A DNA stretch of 64,000 bases from Desulfuromonas sp. (lineage in GTDB: Bacteria > Desulfobacterota > Desulfuromonadia > Desulfuromonadales > Desulfuromonadaceae): the NCBI GenBank assembly GCA_021162745.1, contig JAGGYC010000113.1, positions 11,476-75,475 on the forward strand, read 5' to 3'. A model generated the notes under the pieces. The model saw nothing but the letters and a program-made list of their open reading frames with translations. It had not been told where the DNA came from and did not search any database. The translations under genes and the position numbers were made by a program. Below, piece by piece: positions 9,961-18,624 of this stretch; the stretch's first letter is position 1, and every line of letters begins with the position of its first letter.

Positions 9961-11079
9961 TTGGCAAAACGCGACTACTATGAGGTGCTTGGCGTCCATC
10001 AAAACGCCAGCGAAGCCGAGATAAAAAAAGCCTATCGTCGGCTGGCGGTCAAGCACCATCCGGATAAAAATCCTGACGACAAAGTGGCTGAAGAGAAGTT
10101 CAAAGAGCTTTCTGAAGCCTATGTCGTGCTGGCCGATAACCAAAAGCGGGCCACCTATGATCAATTCGGTCATGCCGGAGTTGATGGTAGTGGCGGCGGA
10201 GGTTTCTCCTCCGGCGGCTTTGGCGGCAGTCCTTTTGAAGATATTTTCGGTGACATCTTTGGCGATATCTTTACCGGTGGTGGCGGATCGCGGCGTGGTC
10301 GTGGTCAGCGTGGCGATGATCTGCGTTATAATCTCGATATCAGTTTCGAGGATGCGGCTTTCGGCACCGAGACCGAGATAAAGCTTCCACGTCATCACAG
10401 CTGTGAGGCTTGCGGTGGCAGTGGCGCCAAGGCTGGTACCAGCCCGGAAACCTGTCCGACCTGTAACGGCGTCGGCCAGGTGCGTTACCAGCAGGGTTTT
10501 TTCCAGATGACCCGTCCTTGTCCTGATTGTGCCGGCACGGGCAGCAAGATTAAACATCCCTGCCCTGAATGTCGTGGCACCGGGCGAGTTAAAGAGAAGC
10601 GCAACCTGTCGTTACGTATTCCGGCCGGTGTTGAGACCGGAACGCGCCTCAAGTTGAGTGGTGAAGGGGAGAGTGGCATCCATGGTGGCCCGCCGGGTGA
10701 TCTGTATGTGGTGATAACCGTGGCCAGCCATCCGATTTTCCGTCGTGATGGCCGCAATGTGATCTGCGAAACGCCCCTCTCCTTTATCCAGGCGACACTC
10801 GGCTGTGAGCTGGAGGTGCCGACCCTCGATGGCCGTGTTAAGATTAAGGTTCCGGCGGGAACCCAGTCCGGCAAAATCCTTAAGCTGGCTGGCAAAGGGA
10901 TTCCTGATCTGCAGGGCTACCGTCGTGGTGACCAGTTGGTTGTATTGCGGGTCGAAACACCGACCAAGTTGACGTCGCGTCAGAAAGAACTCCTCGAGGA
11001 GTTTGCCCGTGAGGGCGGCGAAGAGGTCAATCCGATCGGTAAAGGCTTTTTCGAAAAAGTAAAAGAGATGTTTGATTAG
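9961..11079 (+). CDS. dnaJ: Chaperone DnaJ
   Basis: J-domain with HPD, G/F-rich linker, four CxxCxGxG repeats; TTG start. Confidence 0.98.
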   Translation: MAKRDYYEVLGVHQNASEAEIKKAYRRLAVKHHPDKNPDDKVAEEKFKELSEAYVVLADNQKRATYDQFGHAGVDGSGGGGFSSGGFGGSPFEDIFGDIFGDIFTGGGGSRRGRGQRGDDLRYNLDISFEDAAFGTETEIKLPRHHSCEACGGSGAKAGTSPETCPTCNGVGQVRYQQGFFQMTRPCPDCAGTGSKIKHPCPECRGTGRVKEKRNLSLRIPAGVETGTRLKLSGEGESGIHGGPPGDLYVVITVASHPIFRRDGRNVICETPLSFIQATLGCELEVPTLDGRVKIKVPAGTQSGKILKLAGKGIPDLQGYRRGDQLVVLRVETPTKLTSRQKELLEEFAREGGEEVNPIGKGFFEKVKEMFD

Positions 11080-11133
11080 AGAAGGCTCAACACAGCTGTG
11101 TGTTGTTGTTTTTTAGAATTGTGTTAATATACG

Positions 11134-11168
11134 CAGCTGTACTCTATTAGGGGTACAGCTGTTTTTTT
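11134..11168 (+). terminator. Intrinsic terminator after dnaJ
   Basis: Stem CAGCTGTAC / GTACAGCTG followed by T7. Confidence 0.75.
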
Positions 11169-11248
11169 GTATTTATGCTCTTGGTGAGCGTCTTGGACTC
11201 ACAGCATCAGGTTGTAGTTGTAGTTGTGGTTAATAAAAAGAGGTTCTC

Positions 11249-13183
11249 ATGTTAAAGCCGGTTTGTCGTGTCCTGATTTTGGTTGCTTTGCTGATGACCC
11301 TTGTTCCGGCCGTGTCCGTTGCTGTGGAGTTGATGGCGACCGCCGAATCGTCGTTGTCCATTGAGCCGGCACGTACCCTGTATCAGGGTGGTGAACCTGA
11401 TGCTGCACTCTCCTTTCTGCGTCGTTATCTGCTGGAACATCCCGATAGCCCCCATCTTAATGCTGCTCATCAGCTCATGGCGCGTATCCTTCTCGAAGAG
11501 CAACGTCAGCGTGATGCGTTGTTTTTTCTCCAGCGGATCGATCCACAACAACGCAGCAGCGAAGCGCAATTGCTCCAGGCTGCCGCGCTGCAGCAACTTG
11601 GTCAATTGGACGAGGCTGACCCACTGCTCGAATCGCTGTCGGGGGATGACTTTTTTGGCGCTGACCTGCCGTTGTATTATGGCTGTCGTGCCTGTTCACT
11701 CAGTGCCCGGAATGAATCTCTTCAAGCTCTGGTTATTCTCAGTCAGGCGTTTCGCTCAACAGATTTGCGCTATCATGATTTTCTCTATGCTCAGGTTCAG
11801 CAGATTCTGCAGAATCAGTCTGCAGAGATGGTGGCCGAAGCGGCGTTTATGTTTGCCGATACGCCGATCAGGGACGTGGTGATCCTGTATCAGGCTCAGC
11901 AGGCCATTGATATGGGTGATCGTGATCGTGCCCGTGTCTTGGCGCAGCCGCTGATCACCCAGGGGGAGATCATTGCCGTTCAGGTTGCCGCAGCGAAAAT
12001 TCTCGATCAGGTGGCCGGAATGCCATGGCACCAGCGTGCCATTGGCGTGGTTTTGCCGCTGAGCGGCCGCTATGCGCCGTTTGGTGAACTGGTTAAGCGG
12101 GGGATTGAACTGGCCGTCAGCCAGCAGCCACAGCCTCGCAGCCGAATGATCTATGTCGATAGTGCCGCTGACCCTCGGGTGGCTGCAGACGCGGTTCGAC
12201 GCCTGGTTCAGGTTCATCGCGTCATGGCCGTGATTGGGCCGTTGATCGGCGACGCTGCTGAACGGGGTGTTGTTGAGGCCGATAAAGCCCGGGTGCCGGT
12301 GTTGACCCTGTCACACCGGCAAGGATTGCCCCAATTGGGATCTTACGTTTTCCGCAATTCGTTAACGGCCCAGCAACAGGTCGATGCGCTGGCCGACTAT
12401 GCCATCAATACCTTGGGGATCAACAGCTATGCCGTGTTGTCTCCTGATAATCGGATGGGACAGGATTTTGCCGCCAAGTTCAGTGCCGCCATTGAAGAAC
12501 GCGGTGGCGATATGGAATATCGCTTGTCGTATGCCGATAAATCGACCGATTTTCGCCGTCAGCTAGTGCTGCTCAAAGGGGAAGATCCTGACGAGCCTGT
12601 GGATAAACAAGAGCCGCTGCCTGAGGAGGAAGCGGAAGAGGAGCCGATCCCCGGTTGGCCAACCGTTGAATTTGAAGCGCTGTTTATTCCTGACTATGCG
12701 GACACCATTGCGTTGTTGGCGCCGCAGCTGGCTTATTACGGTATCGAAAATGTTCAGCTGTTGGGTATCAATGGCTGGAATTCACCGACCCTGCTCAAGC
12801 AGGCGGGCCGTTATGCTCGCGGTGGTGTGTTCAGTGATGGTTTTTTCGCCCAGAGTCCTGATCCACAGGTGAAGGATTTTGTCCGTGATTATCAACAGCA
12901 GCTGGGCGAAGCTCCTTCAATTCTTGAAGCACAGGGCTATGACAGTGCCCGTCTGTTGCTGCAATTGCTCAATGATCCGGCTGTGACAACACCACAGCAA
13001 CTGTACTTACAGTTGATGAATCTTGAAAACTATCCCGGTGTGACCGGGTTGGCAGGTTTTGATGACCAGGGGGAAGCAGAGAGGATGATGTTTTTACTCC
13101 AGTTGGGTCGGCGCCGGATTTTACAGCTCCAGGGTTTGCCTTCCCCTCTGCCGCCTGTGACGCAGGATGAATTATTCGAGTGA
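11249..13183 (+). CDS. LpoA-like penicillin-binding protein activator / TPR + type I periplasmic binding fold protein
   Basis: Signal peptide, helical TPR-like N-terminus, then IGVVLPLSGRYAPFG...VIGPL...ALFIPDY...QGYDSARL typical of the LpoA/LppC C-terminal domain. Confidence 0.7.
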   Translation: MLKPVCRVLILVALLMTLVPAVSVAVELMATAESSLSIEPARTLYQGGEPDAALSFLRRYLLEHPDSPHLNAAHQLMARILLEEQRQRDALFFLQRIDPQQRSSEAQLLQAAALQQLGQLDEADPLLESLSGDDFFGADLPLYYGCRACSLSARNESLQALVILSQAFRSTDLRYHDFLYAQVQQILQNQSAEMVAEAAFMFADTPIRDVVILYQAQQAIDMGDRDRARVLAQPLITQGEIIAVQVAAAKILDQVAGMPWHQRAIGVVLPLSGRYAPFGELVKRGIELAVSQQPQPRSRMIYVDSAADPRVAADAVRRLVQVHRVMAVIGPLIGDAAERGVVEADKARVPVLTLSHRQGLPQLGSYVFRNSLTAQQQVDALADYAINTLGINSYAVLSPDNRMGQDFAAKFSAAIEERGGDMEYRLSYADKSTDFRRQLVLLKGEDPDEPVDKQEPLPEEEAEEEPIPGWPTVEFEALFIPDYADTIALLAPQLAYYGIENVQLLGINGWNSPTLLKQAGRYARGGVFSDGFFAQSPDPQVKDFVRDYQQQLGEAPSILEAQGYDSARLLLQLLNDPAVTTPQQLYLQLMNLENYPGVTGLAGFDDQGEAERMMFLLQLGRRRILQLQGLPSPLPPVTQDELFE

Positions 13184-13193
13184 TGGGTGACAA

Positions 13194-14300
13194 GTGATGG
13201 ACGGCTATTGGTTGATTATTATAACGGGCCTGGTCTCAGGTCTGATCGCCGGCTATGTCATGTATCGCTCTGACTATTGCCTGGTTGGGATGTTGCGTGA
13301 TCTGTTTATGTTTCGCAGTGGCACCATGGCTCGTTTTCTGGTGGTTCAGATTGCTGCCAGCCTGATTCTTCTCGAACTGGCGCGAGCCGCGGGTTGGTTG
13401 CCGTACTATCCGTCATTGCTGATGGGGCCGGCCAATTTGAGTAGTGTGATCGGTGGCGCACTCTTCGGTTTTGGCATGGTGCTGACCGGTAGTTGTGTGA
13501 TTGGCTGTGTGTACAGAACCGGGGCAGGTAATGCGCTGGGATTATGCACTCTGTTGGCGATGATTGGCGGCGCGACCCTGTTTGGCGAAATCGCTCCATG
13601 GTGGAAAGATGTCACCACGGAGCTTGGCGTGACAACGCAGGTGACCATCCCTCAGTCGCTGGGTATCAGCCCCGCTGTGGTGGTTTTTCCTCTTGCCGCC
13701 GTTCTGTTATTGTTGATCCGGCGCTGGTTCAAGGGGGGGCAGTTGATTCTGCCGGCGACGGCACGGGGCTATATTCAGCCGTGGAAAACGGCCGTGATTA
13801 TGGCCGTGATTACCCTTGGAGCCTGTGTCTTTACCGGCATGCCGTTGGGGATCACTACCAGCTATGTCAAAATAGGTGCCTGGCTGGAAAACTGGTTTAT
13901 CCCACAGCACGTGACAACAACGGCTTACTTTAACATTCAGGCGCTGGAATACATCCCACCTTTTACATCGACGGTCATTCGCGGTGGTACCATGCCCCAT
14001 TTTGATGCGATTGCAGCCTTGCAACTCTCCGTTATTCTAGGCATATTGGTTGGAGCATTTTTTTCAGCCAAGCGCTTAGGCGAGTTTCGTTGGGTTTTCC
14101 GGGTACCATTACGTCAGTATGGATTGGTGGTTGTCGGTGGTGTGCTGGTGGGATTAGCTGCCCGGATGGCGCCCGGCTGTAATGTCTGGCATCTGTTCGG
14201 TGGTGTGCCATTGTTGGCGTGGAATTCAATATTGTTTGCACTCGGGTTGTTGCCCGGTGTCTGGTTGGGCAGCAAAGTACTTTTGGCGCGGTTAGCGTAG
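13194..14300 (+). CDS. YeeE/YedE (TsuA) family sulfur-compound (thiosulfate) transporter
   Basis: Membrane protein with the three family Cys positions: RSDYCLVGMLRD, GMVLTGSC, RMAPGCN. Confidence 0.88.
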   Translation: MMDGYWLIIITGLVSGLIAGYVMYRSDYCLVGMLRDLFMFRSGTMARFLVVQIAASLILLELARAAGWLPYYPSLLMGPANLSSVIGGALFGFGMVLTGSCVIGCVYRTGAGNALGLCTLLAMIGGATLFGEIAPWWKDVTTELGVTTQVTIPQSLGISPAVVVFPLAAVLLLLIRRWFKGGQLILPATARGYIQPWKTAVIMAVITLGACVFTGMPLGITTSYVKIGAWLENWFIPQHVTTTAYFNIQALEYIPPFTSTVIRGGTMPHFDAIAALQLSVILGILVGAFFSAKRLGEFRWVFRVPLRQYGLVVVGGVLVGLAARMAPGCNVWHLFGGVPLLAWNSILFALGLLPGVWLGSKVLLARLA

Positions 14301-14311
14301 GCGGACTGTAA

Positions 14312-14548
14312 ATGGAAACAATCGAATTTGATATTTGTGGTCAGATTTGTCCGTCGGCGTTGTTGACAGCGCTACGGGAGATCAATGCTCATAAAAAAGG
14401 ACTGAAAGGGGGTACGTTGCAGCTGGTGATTAAAACCGACGCGCGCGACGCGACACGTACCATCCCTTCTGCTGTTGAAAATATGGGCTATCAGGTTGAT
14501 ATTGAACCGTTGGATGGATGCTACTGTATCCGAATTTTTGCAGGGTAA
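14312..14548 (+). CDS. TusA/YeeD-family sulfurtransferase
   Basis: 78 aa, FDICGQICPSAL (CPxP-like motif), directly after yeeE. Confidence 0.88.
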   Translation: METIEFDICGQICPSALLTALREINAHKKGLKGGTLQLVIKTDARDATRTIPSAVENMGYQVDIEPLDGCYCIRIFAG

Positions 14549-14557
14549 CCAATCGTT

Positions 14558-17239
14558 ATGGATGATGTGGACGTAACGTCTGAACAGCAGGTGCTTGAGA
14601 AACAGATTGCCCGGCTACAGCTGGAGAACAAGCAGCTGTTGCAACTGGAGCAGGAGGTCATTGGTTATGTTCGAGCCAAGGTTGACCAGCTGTTAAAAAT
14701 CATGGGCACCTTGCCGTTGCGTCAGGAGGAGCTGGATGATGAAACATTGCTGGCCCTCGACCCGATCGGTATTGTCGCTGAGAGTTTTGCTCAGATCCTT
14801 GAGCACCTGAAAGAAACCAACGATGACCTGGTGGTGGCCCGTGATGAGTTGGAAGCGATCTTTAATGCCACCGGTGCAGCGATTCTGGTGCTCGATGATG
14901 AGTTGACAATCCACTCCTGCAACCCCAAGGCCTTGGAGCGTTTTGGCATCGATCCATCCACCAGCATTGGTCATCATCTGTGCGATGCCATCCCCGCCTG
15001 TCATGATCTGCTCAGCGAAGAATTCCTGCATGATCTGTCTGCCTGTCGGGGTGGACAGATCGATCTGGAAACCTGTTTTCGCGATTACTGTTATCACCTG
15101 ATTGCCACTCCGGTTTGTGATTCCAACGACCATATTACCTTCTATGTGCTGATCTTCAGCGACATTACCGAGCGTAAAAAAACTGAAGACTCGCTGGTGG
15201 AGGCCGAAACACGCCTGACGGCAATCCTCAACACCATGATGGCCGGAATTGTCATTATCGATCCGGAAAGTCATTGTATTGTCGATGTCAACCATATGGC
15301 CGCCGAGTTGATCGGTGATCCACGCGATAAGATTATCGGTTCGGTCTGTCACCGCTATATCTGCCCGTCATCGGCGGGAAAATGTCCGCTGACCGACCTG
15401 AATCAGGTGATTGATAACTCCGACCGGATCCTGATCAATAGTAAAGGTGAACAGATCCCGATCCTTAAAACTGCGACCATTATTGAGCTGGCGGGCAAGA
15501 AATACATCCTTGAGAGCTTTATCGATATTCAAGGGCGTAAGCTTGCCGAGCAGGCTCTGCGAGAAAGTGAACAACGCTATCGCTCCCTGTATTCGGCGAT
15601 GAAAGAGGGGGTGGCGATCGGTGAGCTGATCTATGATGATCACGGCGTGGTGATCAACTATGTGCTGCATGACGTCAATCGGGCGAGTGCCCAGATATTG
15701 GAAAGCACTGTCGAAGAACTGATCGGTTCCCGGGCCTCTGAGCTGTATCAAGGTCAGGCTATTCCTCAGCTGCATATTCTCGATGAGGTGGTCCGTTACG
15801 GAGTGCCCAAGGAGTATGAGTTGCCGATTAAGCGTCTGGGCAAGGTGCTGCATGTCTCGGTGTCACGTCCGGAGTCAAATCGTTTTGCCGCCATTATCAA
15901 CGATGTAACGGCCAGTAAAAAAGCGCAAAAAGAGATTGAACGTCTCGCCTATTACGACACCCTGACCGGTTTGCCGAACCGGGTGCTGATTCGGGATCGT
16001 CTACAGCAGGCCATTGCCCAGGCCAAGCGCTCGCGCGCTTTGATCGGTGTTCTGGCTCTCGACCTTGACCACTTTAAGAAAATCAATGACTCGTTGGGGA
16101 TCGGCTGTGGTGATCGGATGCTTAAAGTCGTGGCTGAGCGACTTAAAAGCCATGTGCGGCAGGGGGATAGTGTTGCGCGTATGGGCGGTGACGAATTTGT
16201 TGTCCTGCTTACCGGCATCAACACTCAGAATGATATTGTTACCGCCGCCGGCAAGATTCTTGATCTGCTGGCCGAGCCGGTAAGCATTGACGAGCATGAG
16301 CTGGTCAGTACCGGTAGTCTGGGGATCTCCGTTTATCCGACCGATGCCGAAGATGTGGACCTGTTGCTCAAGCATGCCGATACCGCTATGTATCAGGCCA
16401 AAGAGACCGGTCGTAACCTCTATCAGTTCTATTCACCGGATATGAACGAGCGGGCCTTTGAGCGGCTGTTTCTCGACTCCGATCTACATCGGGCTCTTGA
16501 GCGGCAGGAGTTAGAACTCTATTATCAGCCGCAGATCAATCTAACCGATGGACAGGTGGTTGGTGTTGAAGCACTGTTGCGCTGGAATCATGTTCATAAA
16601 GGACAGATCTCGCCGGTGGTGTTTATTCCGCTGGCCGAGGAGTCGGATCTTATTCTTGATATTGGTCGTTGGGTGATGCAACAGGCCTGTCATCAGGCGC
16701 GTCGCTGGTACGACGCCGGTTATACCTCGTTGCGTGTTGCCGTAAACCTGTCTGCGCGTCAGTTCCGCAGCGATCTACCCGATATAGTGGCCCAGGTTCT
16801 ACGTGCGAGTCAGCTCCCTCCCCAGTTGCTGGAACTGGAGTTGACGGAAAGCCTGCTGATGGAAAAACCTGAGTTGGCGCGGATGATCCTCAATAAATTG
16901 CAGACTTTGGGCTGCAATTTGGCTATCGATGATTTTGGTACCGGTTATTCATCGCTGAGTTATCTGAAGCATTTCCCCCTCGACCGTCTGAAGATTGATC
17001 GCAGCTTTGTCAAGGATCTCAGCGTTGATCCCGATGATGCGATTATTGTTGAGGCGATTATCGCTCTGGCCCATGGCTTACGCCTGAAGGTGGTGGCCGA
17101 AGGGGTTGAAACCGTGGAACAGCTTGACTTCATGCGCGAGCACAGTTGCGATGAGGTTCAGGGTTTTATCATGGCCCGGCCCATGTCTGCCGATGATTTT
17201 ACCTGTTTTTTGCACCAATCCCGTCATAAGACCGATTGA
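14558..17239 (+). CDS. Multi-PAS diguanylate cyclase/phosphodiesterase (GGDEF-EAL), cytoplasmic
   Basis: About 100-aa helical N-terminus, three PAS-like segments, RQGD I-site + GGDEF, EAL and DDFGTGYSS intact; no TM segment seen. Confidence 0.93.
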   Translation: MDDVDVTSEQQVLEKQIARLQLENKQLLQLEQEVIGYVRAKVDQLLKIMGTLPLRQEELDDETLLALDPIGIVAESFAQILEHLKETNDDLVVARDELEAIFNATGAAILVLDDELTIHSCNPKALERFGIDPSTSIGHHLCDAIPACHDLLSEEFLHDLSACRGGQIDLETCFRDYCYHLIATPVCDSNDHITFYVLIFSDITERKKTEDSLVEAETRLTAILNTMMAGIVIIDPESHCIVDVNHMAAELIGDPRDKIIGSVCHRYICPSSAGKCPLTDLNQVIDNSDRILINSKGEQIPILKTATIIELAGKKYILESFIDIQGRKLAEQALRESEQRYRSLYSAMKEGVAIGELIYDDHGVVINYVLHDVNRASAQILESTVEELIGSRASELYQGQAIPQLHILDEVVRYGVPKEYELPIKRLGKVLHVSVSRPESNRFAAIINDVTASKKAQKEIERLAYYDTLTGLPNRVLIRDRLQQAIAQAKRSRALIGVLALDLDHFKKINDSLGIGCGDRMLKVVAERLKSHVRQGDSVARMGGDEFVVLLTGINTQNDIVTAAGKILDLLAEPVSIDEHELVSTGSLGISVYPTDAEDVDLLLKHADTAMYQAKETGRNLYQFYSPDMNERAFERLFLDSDLHRALERQELELYYQPQINLTDGQVVGVEALLRWNHVHKGQISPVVFIPLAEESDLILDIGRWVMQQACHQARRWYDAGYTSLRVAVNLSARQFRSDLPDIVAQVLRASQLPPQLLELELTESLLMEKPELARMILNKLQTLGCNLAIDDFGTGYSSLSYLKHFPLDRLKIDRSFVKDLSVDPDDAIIVEAIIALAHGLRLKVVAEGVETVEQLDFMREHSCDEVQGFIMARPMSADDFTCFLHQSRHKTD

Positions 17240-17240
17240 T

Positions 17241-18599
17241 ATGAGTGCAGACGATCCCTCTTTATTGCCGGTAGTGACGCCCGATCTGGTGCTGCATGGT
17301 GCTGTGGGTGGGCACTGGACCATTGCCGCTATCAGCCGCGGGGTGGTCGAGGGTCTTGATGGCGGACAGAGCTACTGTGGTGCCGCAGTGGATCGGGTGT
17401 TTGCCGATGTGCGTCCATCGCTGTGTGATCTGGCCGAAGAGGTGCTCAGCAGTCAGAACTCTCTGCAGGAGATTCCGATCCAGTTTGCCGATGGGCAGCG
17501 TTATCGGGCCGAGGTGGTTGAAGGTGGTCTCAGCGACGATTACCGCAGCCATACGGTGATGTTTTACTTGCACCCACTGCCCCATGATCAACGTCGCAGC
17601 GTTGAGTCGTTTCATGACATGATCGGCGCCAGTGTAGCGATGCAGGAGGTCTATCGTAAGATCGGTCTCTACGCGGCCTCCGATGCCGCCGTCGTGATTA
17701 CCGGCGAGACCGGTTCCGGCAAGGAACTGGTGGCGCGGGCGATTCATGCTGAAAGTGCGCGTCACGACAAGCCATATATTGCCCTTAATTGCAGTGCCAT
17801 TGCCGAAGACCTGCTCGAATCTGAGCTGTTTGGTCACGAAAAAGGAGCCTTTACCGGCGCGGTACGCAGTCATCGTGGTCGTTTTGAACGGGCTGACGGT
17901 GGCAGCCTGTTTCTCGATGAAATCGGTGATATGCCGCTGCACACCCAGACCCGGTTGTTGCGGGTACTCGAAGAGCGCAGCGTTGAGCCGGTCGGTTCAG
18001 AGCGGGTGCTGCCCATTGATGTGCGGATTATCTGTGCCACCAATGTCGGTCTGGAAGATGCGGTCGGCAAGGGGCTGTTTCGTAGTGATCTTTACCACCG
18101 GATCAGTGTATTGCGCATTCATTTGCCGCCGCTGCGCGAGCGTAGCGAGGATATCCCGTTGCTGGTTACTGCCTTTCTCGACCGGTTTAGCCACACTTAT
18201 CAGCGCCGGGTGGAAAAACTGACACCGGAAGCGATGACATTGTTGCAATCGTATCTATGGCCGGGAAATATTCGTGAGTTACGCAATGTGATGGAGCGCA
18301 TCTTTGTTGAAAACCATGCCGCGGTGATCGGCGTGCGTGCCTTTTCGGAATGGGTGCGCGAACGGCAGAATTTTATTACCCCGCGCTGGGAAGAATCGCC
18401 GGCGCTGTCTGATCCCCCCCTGATTCCCCCCTATCCTCTACCCGTGGCCGCGCCAAGGGAGCTGAGCGAAGAGCGGATTCGGCAAGCGTATACCGCCAGC
18501 AATGGCAATATCAGCGCTGCCGCACGTGCGCTAGGCGTCCATCGCGCCACCCTCTATCGCCACTTGAAACGCTTAGGCCTCGATCGCAGCCGCCTGTAA
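17241..18599 (+). CDS. Sigma54-dependent transcriptional activator (bEBP) with Fis-type HTH and no receiver domain
   Basis: GETGSGKE, ESELFGHEKGAFTGA, LFLDEIG, WPGNIREL, C-terminal HTH. ATG 17241 is 1 bp after the upstream stop. Confidence 0.93.
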   Translation: MSADDPSLLPVVTPDLVLHGAVGGHWTIAAISRGVVEGLDGGQSYCGAAVDRVFADVRPSLCDLAEEVLSSQNSLQEIPIQFADGQRYRAEVVEGGLSDDYRSHTVMFYLHPLPHDQRRSVESFHDMIGASVAMQEVYRKIGLYAASDAAVVITGETGSGKELVARAIHAESARHDKPYIALNCSAIAEDLLESELFGHEKGAFTGAVRSHRGRFERADGGSLFLDEIGDMPLHTQTRLLRVLEERSVEPVGSERVLPIDVRIICATNVGLEDAVGKGLFRSDLYHRISVLRIHLPPLRERSEDIPLLVTAFLDRFSHTYQRRVEKLTPEAMTLLQSYLWPGNIRELRNVMERIFVENHAAVIGVRAFSEWVRERQNFITPRWEESPALSDPPLIPPYPLPVAAPRELSEERIRQAYTASNGNISAAARALGVHRATLYRHLKRLGLDRSRL

Positions 18600-18624
18600 C
18601 CGAAAAACAATACCTCTATTGAGT

